Both the position numbers and the translations under genes were made by a program. The notes beneath the pieces were generated by a model. That model was not told the origin of the DNA. It did not search any database and saw only the letters and a program-made list of their open reading frames with translations. DNA of 64,000 nt. Origin: an uncultured Acidobacteriota bacterium. GTDB lineage: Bacteria; Acidobacteriota; JAQAZP01. Location of the stretch: positions 3,232,001-3,296,000 of the forward strand of contig CAWIIB010000009.1 of assembly GCA_963836075.1 (NCBI GenBank), written 5' to 3'. This document shows, piece by piece, positions 22,756-34,117 of this stretch (position 1 is its first letter; the number at the start of each line of letters is the position of its first letter).

Positions 22756-23343
22756 TCAGATCTTGAACGGGAACTTGGTGGAGGAGAGGTAGGCCCGGGC
22801 CTCCTTGCCGCTGCCGCAGCGGATGCTGAAGGGTGCGTCGGTCTTGAACTGCAGGCTCGAGTCCTTGCCGATGGTGTGGGTCTTACCGTCCACCTTCACC
22901 TCCACGTTCCCTTCGATCCCGCGGACAAAGATCTCGCCCTCGGGTATGGAGTTCTCGTGGACCTCGCCTTCGGGCCGGATGGCCAGCACGCCGACGTAGA
23001 GATTCTGCCGGGCGATCATCCGGGTGAAGGTCTGGAAGTTCCACCCCTCCTTTTCGGACATGTAGGAGACACCCTCATCCTTGTTTGCAAAGGAGACCTT
23101 CTCCTTGGCTTCGTCTTCGATCTCCAGCAGGAACTCGAGGTTTTTGCCCATGGCCTCGGCCATCCGGAGCAGGGGGATGAGGGAGTATTCCACCTTCTGG
23201 TTCTCATACTTCCAGATGGTGCTGAGGGGAATGCCGGAGAGCTTGGACAGCCGTTCCAGCGTCAGGCTCTTTTCCTTCCTCGTCTTTTTCAGCTTGTCGC
23301 CGATCTGAGAATGGAGGGTGGTCATGGTCTTCTCACTCATCAT
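22756..23343 (-). CDS. XRE-family HTH regulator with C-terminal cupin domain
   Basis: IGDKLKKTRKEKSLTLERLSKLSGIPLSTIWKYE HTH followed by a cupin-like beta region; AAGGGG RBS. Confidence 0.85.
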   Translation of the reverse strand: MMSEKTMTTLHSQIGDKLKKTRKEKSLTLERLSKLSGIPLSTIWKYENQKVEYSLIPLLRMAEAMGKNLEFLLEIEDEAKEKVSFANKDEGVSYMSEKEGWNFQTFTRMIARQNLYVGVLAIRPEGEVHENSIPEGEIFVRGIEGNVEVKVDGKTHTIGKDSSLQFKTDAPFSIRCGSGKEARAYLSSTKFPFKI

Positions 23344-23829
23344 GATGTTTTCCCCTTTACGAAACAAGAGTTGATGTGGTGGAAAATCGTCTCTTTTGTT
23401 GTTAGATGTAACGTTCTGAAAAACAACCCGTGGGACTTCCCTCTGTTTCCCAACGGTGTAATAGAGGGTAAACCCTTTATTCGGCTTGTCTTTGCTTCTA
23501 TCCACCGGGTCACCATCGATTCCAGCTTGACCCAGCCCGTTCACCATACTGTAAATTTCCGCTTATTGCAAGTTCATAATTAATATACTCAAAACTGACT
23601 GTAGGTATTGATAGGAATGATCGATTGTTGGGGAGGGAAGGTCTTCGGAATATTTGTTGAAAGGAAAACGAGACCTCCCCAGGATGATTTGTAATGCTAC
23701 AGGTTTTTTTCAATATCGAGCAGTCACCTATCGCGTTGAACCGCCGTTGTGGTTCTGTTAAGGTTTCCCGAACAGCGATTCACCGGCAACCCCGGAATCG
23801 GCGGGTGCTTCCGGTGACGGCAGGAGCCG

Positions 23830-25854
23830 ATGGTGACTCCAAAAGATGTACCCACCAACCCTGGGAATCGATCCACCGGCAGGCATCTGGCCGCCGGGCT
23901 GGTCGGGGGGCTGTATGCCGCCCTGCTGCTCTCCCTCATCGACTGGTGGCTGATGCTCCGGCAGGGCAGCCGGGGCGGCGACATCGAATCCGTGGCTGCT
24001 CTCTGCTACGCGTTTCTGCTGCTCGGATCGACCGGCGCCACCGCCGGCGCCTGTTTTGCCCTGGGGGTGGTGGTGTGGAAACGGCTGTTCCACCGGTCTC
24101 ATGCCGGTTTGGCCCGGAAGTTTGTCCGGACCGGCCGTGGGGCCTTCCTGCTCTGTTTCGTCCTGGGGGGAGGGTTGCTGATCGTCCTGGGCTGGATGCC
24201 CCACTGGCGCCGCACCGGGATTTCGCCGCCCTGGTCCACCGGTCTGGGGGTTGCCTTCCTGCTGGCGTTGCTGGTTCTGGGGATTGCCCGGCGGCTGGCG
24301 CTCCGACGCTGGGGCGGCGTGTCATCGCGTGCCAGGGACCGGATGACCACATCTTCCTTGATCATCCTGGCCCTTCTGCTGGCTGGCGCCGTGGCCGGCT
24401 GGGGTCGGGCCGGGGAACGTCGTGACCGTCCGGGATCCCGGTGGACCGCACCACAGATTGCCGCGGTGAACCGGGCGGACTCCGGGGGCAGGGAAGTGCC
24501 GGCGGGCAGCCCGCCGGTGGTGCTGCTGCTGCTGGATACCCTGCGCTGGGATGCGCTTTCCTGCTACGGCAACGGTGACCTCCTCACCCCACACCTCGAC
24601 CGTTTCTGCCGGGAGTCGCTGCAGTTCGAGGTGGCCCGGGCCCAGGCCTCGTGGACCAAACCCTCCATCGCCACCCTGCTCACCTCGACCCATCCCAGCC
24701 GGCACGGGGCCCGGGGCCGGGCCGACCGGATCAGTCCTGCGGTTCCTTCGCTGGCCGGCCTGTTCCGCCGTGCCGGATATCGTACCGGCGCCGTGGTGGC
24801 CAACGGGAACCTCTCCCCGGCATTCGGTTTTTCCCGGGGGTTTGACCACTATCGCTACCTGCGCCCCCGGATCGCCCTGGGTGCTGGAGGGCGGGCGCTG
24901 GGCCTCGGTTCCTACCGTATCGCCTCGGCGGTCCGGCAGCGGGCGGCCCGGGGCCGCCGGGATCACCGTCATTTCAAACGGGACGCCGCCGAAGTCAACG
25001 TGGCGGTGCTGAATTGGCTCGTGGGGCTGACTTCTGAAGAACGCCGGGGGTTCTTCCTCTTTGTCAACTACGTCGACCCGCACGATCCCTACTTCCACCA
25101 CCCGTACGACGGCCGGGCCCTCGGGGCGGTGGACGGCAAGTCCCCGTCTCCCCGGGTGCGGGACGAAATGGCGGCGCTTTATGACGGTGAGGTGGCCTTT
25201 CTGGACCATCACCTGGGGCGGCTTTTTGCACACCTGCGCCGGCTGGGTCTGTACCAGGAATCGCTGATCGTGATCACGTCGGACCACGGGGAGGAGTTCC
25301 TGGACCACGGAGGCTGGTGGCACGGGTTGACCCTCTTCGAGGAGCAGGTTCGTGTGCCACTGCTGGTCCGGTTGCCCGGCGGAGCGGCCGGCGGCAGACG
25401 CGCCACCGGCGAGGCCGGACTGATCGACGTGGCTCCGGGATTGCTGGAACTGGCCGGCCTGGGCCACCGCACGCCCGAGGCGATGACCGGGCAGAGTATG
25501 GCCCGCTTGATGCCCGGCGGGGACACGGCCGGAGAGCCGGCTCCGAGACTGTTTTACGCCGACGAAACGCTGGACGGAAACATACTGGCCAGCCTCACCG
25601 AAGGGCGCTGGAAATACGTGCGGGCCAATCTTGACAACCCCAGGGGGCTGCCGCGGGAAGCGCTGTACGACGTGGCGGAGGATCCCGGAGAGGAGGTCAA
25701 TCTGGCCGGTCGGCACCCCGAACTGGCCGCGGCCATGTCAGCCAGGCTGGACCGGCTCCATACCCCCGGCGGGGGCGAGGCGAAGACTCTGCCGCCGGCG
25801 GCGCTGGACGAGGAGACGGCCGAACATCTCCGGGCCCTGGGTTACCTCCACTGA
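23830..25854 (+). CDS. Membrane-anchored sulfatase-like (alkaline phosphatase superfamily) protein
   Basis: About 5 N-terminal TM segments, LLDTLRWD, SWTKPSIATLLT, YVDPHDPY, TSDHGE, DPGEEVNL. Confidence 0.85.
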   Translation: MVTPKDVPTNPGNRSTGRHLAAGLVGGLYAALLLSLIDWWLMLRQGSRGGDIESVAALCYAFLLLGSTGATAGACFALGVVVWKRLFHRSHAGLARKFVRTGRGAFLLCFVLGGGLLIVLGWMPHWRRTGISPPWSTGLGVAFLLALLVLGIARRLALRRWGGVSSRARDRMTTSSLIILALLLAGAVAGWGRAGERRDRPGSRWTAPQIAAVNRADSGGREVPAGSPPVVLLLLDTLRWDALSCYGNGDLLTPHLDRFCRESLQFEVARAQASWTKPSIATLLTSTHPSRHGARGRADRISPAVPSLAGLFRRAGYRTGAVVANGNLSPAFGFSRGFDHYRYLRPRIALGAGGRALGLGSYRIASAVRQRAARGRRDHRHFKRDAAEVNVAVLNWLVGLTSEERRGFFLFVNYVDPHDPYFHHPYDGRALGAVDGKSPSPRVRDEMAALYDGEVAFLDHHLGRLFAHLRRLGLYQESLIVITSDHGEEFLDHGGWWHGLTLFEEQVRVPLLVRLPGGAAGGRRATGEAGLIDVAPGLLELAGLGHRTPEAMTGQSMARLMPGGDTAGEPAPRLFYADETLDGNILASLTEGRWKYVRANLDNPRGLPREALYDVAEDPGEEVNLAGRHPELAAAMSARLDRLHTPGGGEAKTLPPAALDEETAEHLRALGYLH

Positions 25855-25882
25855 GGGCCGGTTCCGGCGGCACAGCAGACTC

Positions 25883-25911
25883 TTGACAGAGATTGCCGGC
25901 GGGGCTATATT
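25883..25911 (+). promoter_or_regulatory. Sigma70-type promoter for tRNA-Met/tilS
   Basis: TTGACA-N17-TATATT. Confidence 0.7.
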
Positions 25912-25941
25912 TGGCCACCCTTCACGGGGAGCCCTATGGAT

Positions 25942-26018
25942 GGCGGTTTAGCTCAGGTGGTTAGAGCACACGGCTCATATCCGTGGTGTCCGGGGTTCGA
26001 CTCCCTGAACCGCCACCA
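25942..26018 (+). tRNA. tRNA-Met (CAT), probably elongator
   Basis: Cloverleaf with GGCGGTT/AACCGCC acceptor stem, CACGG-CTCATAT-CCGTG anticodon arm, GTTCGA T loop and encoded CCA. Confidence 0.92.
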
Positions 26019-26065
26019 TTTCTACCAGCAGTGTCGACAACCGGTTTCTTTCCGGCGAGGCTCCC

Positions 26066-27579
26066 ATGGCACGCTCCGTCTTCCAAGCCACGATTCTCGA
26101 GCACCACATGCTGTGCGAAGGGGACGGAGTGGTGGCCGCCCTTTCCGGCGGCCCTGACTCCATCGCGCTGCTCCGCCTGCTGCTGGACGCGGCTGTCAAA
26201 ATGCGCCTGCGGATTCACGGAGCGCACTTCAACCACTGGCCTGCGGGGCGCGGAAGCTGACGGGGACGAGGCCTTTGTCCGCCAACAGTGCCGGCGTCTG
26301 GGTGTGCCCTGCACCACGGCCAGGGCCGGAAGCCCCGCCGGACAAAGGGGAAAACGTGGAGCAATGGGCGCGGGAGGCCCGCTACCGGTTTCTGGAGGAG
26401 GTCCGTTCGACCCTCGGTTTCCGCAGGATCGCCCTGGGACACAACAGGGACGATCTGGCCGAGACGTTTCTGATGCGCCTGCTCAGGGGCAGCGGGCTCA
26501 GCGGCCTGGCCTGTCTCCGCCCGGTGCGCGAGGACGGCGTGATCCGGCCGATGCTCGGCCTCCCCCGGGCCGAGGTGCTGGCTTTCCTCGAGGATATTGA
26601 ACAGCCGTATCGCGTCGATTCCAGCAACCGGGACCCGGACCGGCTGCGCAACCGCGTGCGGCACGAACTCCTGCCACTGCTGGAGCGTAAATACAATCCC
26701 CGGATCCGTGAGCGGCTGGCCGACACCGCCGGACTGCTGCTGGGCGACGAGGACCAGCTGGAACTGGCGGCGGAGGGGGAGCTGGACCGTCTGGTCGAGG
26801 ATCCGGAGCGGGTCGGCCCGGTGGAACTGTCCGGCAGCCGGCTGCTGGAACTGCCGGCCGCGCTGGCCCGCCGGGTTGTGCGCGGGGCGTTGCGGCGGAG
26901 TGCGGGCCACCTGCGGAGTATTGACCGGGGGCACGTGGAAGCCGTGCTCCGCCTGGCCGCGGCCGCGGCCAGCGGAGAGAAGAGCATCGACCTTCCGGGG
27001 GATATCCTGGTGCGGGTATCCTACGGCCGGCTGATCATCGACGCAGGCCCCGGGGGGCACGATTTCGGGCAGTGGTGCCGGACGTTGGCGATCCCAGGCC
27101 GGACACGACTGGAGGAATGCGGCCTCACCGCGGTGGTCACCCTGGGACCGGGGCCGCAGGCTCCGGAGGATCGGGATCTGGAGTGGCCGGATGTCCGTAC
27201 CACGGTGCTGCTGAACGGTGCCGTTGCGCAAGAGGCATGTCTGGTCATGCGCTCCTGTCGGCCCGGTGACCGTTATTGTCCGGCGGGAGCGCCGGGCAGC
27301 CGCAAGATCAGCCGGATGCTGATCGACGACCAGGTGCCGCGCCACCGCCGGCCTATGACGCCGCTGCTGGCTGTGGGAGAGGAGCCGATCTGGCTCCCCG
27401 GACACCGCCCGGCGGCCCGCTGGGGTTGGCGGGATGGAAGCGGCGCGCCCTGTCTTCGTCTGGTACCTGTGTCCCGCCGGAACCGGCCGGCCTCGAAGGT
27501 AAGGCCGTCATCGGAACGGTCTGCGGGAAAAATGGTTTCCAGAAAAAGAAAAGGGGCTGATCGTTTTACAAAGACGTAG
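26066..27579 (+). CDS. tilS: tRNA(Ile)-lysidine synthetase, frameshifted near 26240-26340
   Basis: ALSGGPDSIALL, HFNH, AREARYRF, GHNRDDLAETFLMRLLRGSG, DSSN, RNRVR. Confidence 0.93.
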
Positions 27580-27650
27580 TTCTAATTTATAATGTATTCA
27601 ATGTTTAAACAGTTTATGATCCGCTTTTCGTTTCGGGTCATGGAGGCTTC

Positions 27651-29634
27651 ATGGTGTCGTCAACGCATATCCGGCAACTGACCCTGTGGTTGGTAATAAT
27701 TGTCATCGCTATCATGCTCTGGCAGGTGCTGAAAAGCACCCAGCAGACCGAAGAAGAGATTATTTTCAGTGATTTCATCGAAATGGTGAAGACCGGAGAG
27801 GTCCGCGAGGTCCGGATCACCGGCCAGAAGGTCGAAGGGAAATACACCACGCCCCGGGACGGCGGGTTCGACACCTTCCACACCTTCTCGCCCAAGTATG
27901 ACGGGCTGGTGGATTTTCTGCGGGAAAACGAAGTCAGGATCGAGGCCAAAGAGGAGAAGGAGAGCGCCTTCCTGCTGGTCCTGGTCCAGTGGGGGCCGAT
28001 GATTATCCTCATCGGTATCTGGATCTTCTTCATGCGCCAGATGCAGAGTGGCGGCAACAAGGCTCTCTCCTTTGGCAAGAGCAAGGCCAAACTCCTCTCC
28101 AGTCAGCAGAAAAAAGTGACCTTCGCTGATGTGGCCGGAGTGGACGAGGCCAAGAACGAGCTGCAGGAGATCATCGAGTTCCTCAAGGAGCCGCAGAAAT
28201 TTCAGAAGCTGGGCGGTCGGATCCCCAAGGGCGTACTGCTCACCGGCGCCCCCGGTACCGGCAAGACCTTGATGGCCCGGGCCATCGCCGGCGAGGCCAA
28301 TGTGCCCTTTTTCTCGATCAGCGGCAGCGACTTCGTCGAGATGTTCGTCGGCGTGGGCGCCTCGCGGGTCCGCGACCTTTTCGAGCAGGGAAAGAAGAAT
28401 GCCCCCTGCCTGATCTTCATCGATGAAATCGATGCGGTGGGCCGCCACCGCGGTGCCGGGATGGGCGGCGGTCACGACGAGCGTGAACAGACCCTGAACC
28501 AGTTGCTGGTGGAGATGGACGGGTTCGAGTCCAGCGAGGGGGTAATCCTCATTGCGGCTACCAACCGGCCCGACGTGCTCGACCCGGCGCTGATGCGGCC
28601 GGGCCGGTTCGACCGGATGGTGGTGGTGGACCGCCCCGACGTCAAGGGCCGGGAGGGGATCCTCAAGGTTCACACGAGGAAGATCCCCCTGGCTGAAAAC
28701 GTGGAGCTGGACGTGCTGGCCCGGGGAACCCCGGGTTTCTCAGGTGCCGATCTGGAGAACCTGGTCAACGAGGCGGCGCTGCTTGCCGCTCGTCTGGACC
28801 GCCCGGCGGTTGAAATGGACGACTTTGAGAAAGCCAAGGACAAAGTGCTGATGGGCACCGAGCGGAAGAGCCTGGTGATCAGCGAGGAGGAGAAGAAAAA
28901 CACCGCCTATCACGAGGCGGGGCACACCCTGGTGGCCGTCTTCCTCGTCGAGTCGGACCCGATCCACAAGGTGACCATCATTCCGCGGGGCCGGGCCCTG
29001 GGAGCCACCCAGCAGTTGCCGCTGGATGACCGGCACACCTACACCAAGCAGTACCTGGAGAACCGCATCTCCATCCTGATGGGCGGACGGGTGTCGGAGG
29101 AGATGTTCCTCGACCACGTGACCACCGGGGCCGGCGATGATCTGAACCGGGCCACCGATCTGGCCCACAAGATGGTCTGTGAACTGGGGATGAGTGACGC
29201 TGGGGCCGCTGACCTTCGGTCGCAAGGACGAGGAGATCTTTCTTGGCCGGGACTTTGTGCAGTCGAAAAACTTCAGTGAGTCCACGGCAAAGAAAATCGA
29301 CGAGGAGATGCACGAGATCGTCTCCCGAAACTACAAGAAGGCCTGGGAGTTGCTCGAACAGCACAAGGATGCGCTGGTCCGGGTGGCTGAAGCTTTGTTG
29401 GTCAAAGAGGTCCTCGACGGAGCTGAGGTTGCAGCCCTGGTCGAGGGCAAGACGTTGGAAGACCTGGTCTTTTCGGAAGAAGGCGGGAGCCGGGCCGACG
29501 CCGGCGCCGGCGGGGACAGTTCGACGGTTGCGGCGGAGGATGAAGACAGCGCACCGGAGACGATTGACCCCGACAGCACGGGCGAGGTTTCCGCGGACGA
29601 GCCGGAGCGGCCGGACAGCGATCCGAAATCCTAA
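27651..29634 (+). CDS. ftsH: ATP-dependent zinc metalloprotease FtsH, frameshift near 29200
   Basis: Two TM segments, [26 protein letters not shown]. The C-terminus LGPLTFG... continues in ORF 29194-29634. Confidence 0.97.
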
Positions 29635-29730
29635 CCCCCACGCGAGTTCACCTGCCCGATGTTTTCGGGTTGATCGAGAGGGCGGGCTGTACCTGCCCTT
29701 CACTGCCAGGTCTGCGCCAGGAGTCCGCGG

Positions 29731-30651
29731 ATGACCGGAGCCATACAGGTGAGAACGGAAGAGGGACGCGCCACTGCGGCCCGTCCCTCCTTCCCGCTGG
29801 ACTGGGGTGGGCGCAGGTTGGATTCGGGCCGGCGCACCCTGGTGATGGGGGTGCTCAATGTCACCCCCGATTCGTTCTATGACGGCGGTCGCTATTTCGC
29901 TCCCGGAGCGGCGGTGAACTATGGGCTGGATATGCTGGCCGCCGGGGCCGATATGGTTGATGTGGGAGGGGAGTCCACCCGGCCGGGATCCGACCCGGTG
30001 GACGCCGCCGAAGAGGCGGACCGGGTGCTGCCGGTGATCCGGGAACTCCACCGCCGCGAGCCGGAGGCGCTGATTTCCATTGACACCAGCAAGGCCGCGG
30101 TGGCCGCCGCGGCTCTGGAGGCCGGCGCCTCGGTGGTCAACGATATCAGCGGTTTGACCTTCGATCCGCAGATGGGCGAAACCGCGGCCCGTTTCCAGGC
30201 CGGTCTGGTGCTGATGCACATACAGAACCGGCCGGTGGACATGCAGCAGAAACCGCAGTACGGCGATGTGCTGGAGGAGGTCTACCGCTTCCTCGAAACG
30301 TCGCTCTCCCGGGCGCTGGCGGCCGGTGTGGCGGTTGAAAAGATCGCCGTGGACCCTGGTATCGGGTTTGGCAAGACGCCGGCCCACAATCTGGCCCTGC
30401 TGGACCGGCTGAGCAGGTTGCACCGACTGGAGCGGCCGGTGCTGGTGGGGCTCTCGCGCAAGAGTTTTATCGGCACGGTCCTCGGGGGGGAGCCCGGGGA
30501 ACGACTGTCGGGCAGCCTCGGAGCGGCAGTGGCCGCCGCCCTGCGGGGCGCGCACATCCTCCGGGTGCACGATGTGGAGGCGTCAGTGGGCGCCCTCCGG
30601 ATGGCTGATGCCATTGCGGCCGGCGCACGATGGAGCGCAGGGGAACGATGA
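29731..30651 (+). CDS. folP: Dihydropteroate synthase
   Basis: MGVLNVTPDSFYDGG, GGESTRPG, DPGIGFGK, SRKSF, RVHDV. Confidence 0.97.
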   Translation: MTGAIQVRTEEGRATAARPSFPLDWGGRRLDSGRRTLVMGVLNVTPDSFYDGGRYFAPGAAVNYGLDMLAAGADMVDVGGESTRPGSDPVDAAEEADRVLPVIRELHRREPEALISIDTSKAAVAAAALEAGASVVNDISGLTFDPQMGETAARFQAGLVLMHIQNRPVDMQQKPQYGDVLEEVYRFLETSLSRALAAGVAVEKIAVDPGIGFGKTPAHNLALLDRLSRLHRLERPVLVGLSRKSFIGTVLGGEPGERLSGSLGAAVAAALRGAHILRVHDVEASVGALRMADAIAAGARWSAGER

Positions 30652-31502
30652 TCGAATTCTTCAGACAGTTTCAGCTGTTCGGCACCTTCACCGTGATCGA
30701 CGCGGCGGAGATCCTGCTGGTGGCCGTGCTGATCTACCAGCTCTTCCTGCTGGTCCGCGGCACCCGGGCGATGCAGATCGCTTTCGGCATCTTCTTCCTC
30801 TCGCTGGCGTTCTACCTGGCCCAGATCTTCAAGCTGCGCACCGTGCACTACATGCTCGACTACCTCTTCGCCAACATCGTGATCATCGTGGTGATCCTTT
30901 TCCAGAGCGAGATCCGCAAGGTGCTGGCCAACTTCGGGCGCAACCCGCTCTTCCGCCGTTTTTACACCGATTCGCTGGAGGAGACCTTTGCCGAGATCGT
31001 GCTCGCTGCCACCACGCTGTCGGCGGGCAGGACCGGTGCGCTGATCGTCATCGAACGGGAGACCGGCCTCCGGGACTATATCGAGAAGGGCGTCAAGCTG
31101 GACGCCATGTTCTCCTATGAACTGCTGGTGTCGATCTTCAATACGACCTCGCCGCTGCACGACGGTGCGGTGGTGGTCCAGGGCCGCCGCATCGCGGCGG
31201 CGCGCGTCTTCCTGCCACTGACCCAGCGGCTGCTCTCCGACGAGCGCTTCGGGTCGCGGCACCGGGCCGCTCTGGGGATCACCGAGGTGACCGACGCCGT
31301 GGCGGTGGTGGTGTCGGAGGAGACCGGAGGTGTGTCGGTGGCGCGGGACGGCAAGATCACCGAGGAACTGGGCAAGGAAGAGTTGCGCCGGCTGCTGCTC
31401 AACCTGTTCAAGGGGATCACTTCGGCCGACAAGCGCGGCAAGGGAGACGAACCGGCTCGCAAGGTGACGCCGAGAAAGAAGGAGAGCGCTCCGGCTGAAT
31501 AG
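30648..31502 (+). CDS. cdaA: Diadenylate cyclase CdaA
   Basis: 3 TM segments, PLHDGAVV (DGA motif), GSRHRAALG (RHR motif), VVSEETG. Confidence 0.95.
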   Translation: MIEFFRQFQLFGTFTVIDAAEILLVAVLIYQLFLLVRGTRAMQIAFGIFFLSLAFYLAQIFKLRTVHYMLDYLFANIVIIVVILFQSEIRKVLANFGRNPLFRRFYTDSLEETFAEIVLAATTLSAGRTGALIVIERETGLRDYIEKGVKLDAMFSYELLVSIFNTTSPLHDGAVVVQGRRIAAARVFLPLTQRLLSDERFGSRHRAALGITEVTDAVAVVVSEETGGVSVARDGKITEELGKEELRRLLLNLFKGITSADKRGKGDEPARKVTPRKKESAPAE

Positions 31503-31523
31503 AGCAACCGGAGACGGAAGGAC

Positions 31524-32489
31524 ATGCTGAGATTCAATCTCTTTCGCAACACGGGGCTCAAGCTGATCTCGGTATTGCTGGCCGGCCTGCTCTGGCTCTT
31601 TGTGGAGAACGAGAAAACAGGTCTGAAGAGCGTCGAGGTGACCTTGGAATACACCAACACTCCGGAGACTCTGGTGCTGATGCCCGAAAGCCGCGAAACC
31701 ATCACCGCGGTGATCCGTGGCCCCGAGGGGCTGTTGCCGCGACTGCGCGAGGGGAGCCTCACCGCCCAGGTGGACCTGCGGGCGGAGACCTACGGTGAAA
31801 TCCGCTGGCTGTTGACCCCGGAAGATGTGATCGTACCTTACTGGGCCGAGGTGGAGCGGGTGGAACCCCAGCAGTTCATCTTCAACCTCGACCGCAAGGC
31901 TTCAAAAGTGATACCGGTGTTGCCCAAGATGTCGGGTAGCGTGGCCCCCGGATATGTCTTTAAGGACTATGTGGTCAACCCGTCGAAGGTGACCATCGCC
32001 GGGCCGGAATCGATCATCGAAGGGGTGCGGGAGATCTGGACCGACCCGCTGGTCATTGACGGGAGGACCGATTCGTTCCAGCAGACCGTGGAACTCCGGG
32101 CGACCAAGCCGGGCATCATCATCGAGTCGGTGGAGGAGCATATCGTTCAAGTGGTGATCGTTCCGGAGATGGTGGAGCGCTACTACGAGGGTGTGCCGGT
32201 GGTGGCCGTGAACCAGCAGCACGTGCTGGAGTTGGGGCAGGACAGTGTGGAGGTCTGGCTGGACGGCCCGCGCCTGCTGCTGGACAAGATCGCGGCCGAT
32301 CGGCTCTCCGCCGTTCTCGATGTGAGCGGTCTGATACCGCGTGCCGAAGGATACGAACTGGCACCCACCATCCGGTTCACTCCGCCGCTGGCCGAGCGGG
32401 ATCAGATCGAAGTGGCCTTCTATCCGCCGGGGGTGCGAGTCAGGTTGCTGGACCGGGCCAGCGGGAACGGGTCCCCCACCACGGGTTGA
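31524..32489 (+). CDS. cdaR: CdaR/YbbR-like regulator
   Basis: N-terminal TM (KLISVLLAGLLWLFV), repeated YbbR-like PxxVxIxGP domains, located between cdaA and glmM. Confidence 0.85.
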   Translation: MLRFNLFRNTGLKLISVLLAGLLWLFVENEKTGLKSVEVTLEYTNTPETLVLMPESRETITAVIRGPEGLLPRLREGSLTAQVDLRAETYGEIRWLLTPEDVIVPYWAEVERVEPQQFIFNLDRKASKVIPVLPKMSGSVAPGYVFKDYVVNPSKVTIAGPESIIEGVREIWTDPLVIDGRTDSFQQTVELRATKPGIIIESVEEHIVQVVIVPEMVERYYEGVPVVAVNQQHVLELGQDSVEVWLDGPRLLLDKIAADRLSAVLDVSGLIPRAEGYELAPTIRFTPPLAERDQIEVAFYPPGVRVRLLDRASGNGSPTTG

Positions 32490-32597
32490 CGCCGGGGAAA
32501 AACCGTGGAATTCTGTGTATTACCTGTTGAGCTTGACGGCCTCGGAGCCGATTCGAATATCGTGAGCGAAAAAATAGAAGTCCGGAAGGGAAGCGGC

Positions 32598-33941
32598 GTG
32601 AGGAAACTGTTTGGAACAGATGGTATCCGGGGTAAAGCCGGCGAGCCGCCCCTGGACGAGGAGACGGTTACGAAGCTCGGGTTGGCCCTGGGTCGTAAAT
32701 TCTCCGAATCCATGGAGGGGCCCGGTCTGCTCATCGGCCGGGATACCCGGGAGTCCGGCAACTGGATCGAGGAATCCCTTTCCCGGGGGTTCAGGGCTGC
32801 CGGGGGCAGGGTCTCGCTGGCCGGTGTGATCCCCACTCCCGCCGTGGCCGGCCTGGTCCGCACCCAGGGTTTCCAGGGGGGGGTGGTGATCTCAGCATCC
32901 CACAATCCGTTCCATGACAACGGCATCAAGGTCTTTTCCTCCAGCGGGTTCAAATTGCCCGACCAGGAGGAAGCGGACCTCGAGCGGCTGCTGGCCCAGG
33001 GCGGGGCGCTCCCTTCCTTCGGAGCCGGCACCAACGGCACCGGTCACGAGGAGGAATACCGCCGCCTCTATCTCGACTCCCTGCGCGAAGCGCTGATCGA
33101 TGACGTTTCATTCGATAAGATTCACGTGGTGGTGGATTGCGCCAACGGGGCCGCTTCGGGGCTGGCCGCCGAACTGTACCGCTCTCTCGGCGCCAGGGTC
33201 AGTTCCCTGTCCGATACCCCCAATGGCGTCAACATCAACCTCGACTGCGGCTCGCTCCATCCGGAGCACCTGGCCCGGCGGGTAGTGGAGGAAGAGGCCG
33301 ACCTGGGCATCGCCTTTGACGGCGATGCAGACCGGGCGATCTTTGTCGACGGCGAAGGCCGGCTGGTGGACGGTGACCACGTGCTCTTCCTTTGCAGCGT
33401 TCACCTGAGGAACCGGGGCATTCTCAAGGATTCGCACATCATCACCACGGTGATGGCCAATATCGGCCTGCAACTGGCCCTGGACCGCGAGCAGATCACC
33501 ATGGAGCGGACCCAGGTGGGGGACAAGTATGTCCTGGAACGGATGGTGGAGACCGATGCCATGCTGGGCGGTGAGCAGTCGGGGCACATTATCTTTCTGC
33601 ACCGGGCCACCACCGGGGACGGCATGCTCACCGGGCTGAAGGTGATCGAGGTGATGGCCGCCACCGGGAAGAGCCTGGCCGAGCTGACCCACCCGGTAAT
33701 CAAGTATCCCCAGATCCTGCTCAACCTCGAAGTGGCGAAAAAACCGCCCATCGAGGAACTGCCAGAGGTGATCGAGACCATCGCCGCTGTGGAATCCGAA
33801 CTGGCCGGCAAGGGCCGGGTGGTGGTCCGCTATTCCGGCACCGAGAACCTGGCCCGGGTAATGGTGGAGGGGCCGGACCAGGAGTCGATCGAGCGGCAGG
33901 CCCAGTCCATTGTCGAAGCCCTGAAGAGCAGTATCGGTTAG
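32598..33941 (+). CDS. glmM: Phosphoglucosamine mutase
   Basis: FGTDGIRG, ISASHNP, FDGDADR, GGEQSGH, RYSGTE. Confidence 0.96.
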   Translation: MRKLFGTDGIRGKAGEPPLDEETVTKLGLALGRKFSESMEGPGLLIGRDTRESGNWIEESLSRGFRAAGGRVSLAGVIPTPAVAGLVRTQGFQGGVVISASHNPFHDNGIKVFSSSGFKLPDQEEADLERLLAQGGALPSFGAGTNGTGHEEEYRRLYLDSLREALIDDVSFDKIHVVVDCANGAASGLAAELYRSLGARVSSLSDTPNGVNINLDCGSLHPEHLARRVVEEEADLGIAFDGDADRAIFVDGEGRLVDGDHVLFLCSVHLRNRGILKDSHIITTVMANIGLQLALDREQITMERTQVGDKYVLERMVETDAMLGGEQSGHIIFLHRATTGDGMLTGLKVIEVMAATGKSLAELTHPVIKYPQILLNLEVAKKPPIEELPEVIETIAAVESELAGKGRVVVRYSGTENLARVMVEGPDQESIERQAQSIVEALKSSIG

Positions 33942-34117
33942 CCCGGACATGCCACAGGATTCCCGCCACGAATAAAATTCCATCCGTTTTCGTATCCCGA
34001 ACCGTATAACCGGTATGGACAGTCACGGACCGGGCCGGTCTGCGGCCGCTGTGTTACAATGTGGTCCATCAACGCCAGTATTGGCAACCCGCCATACAAT
34101 TGAAAGGAGCGCAGGCC

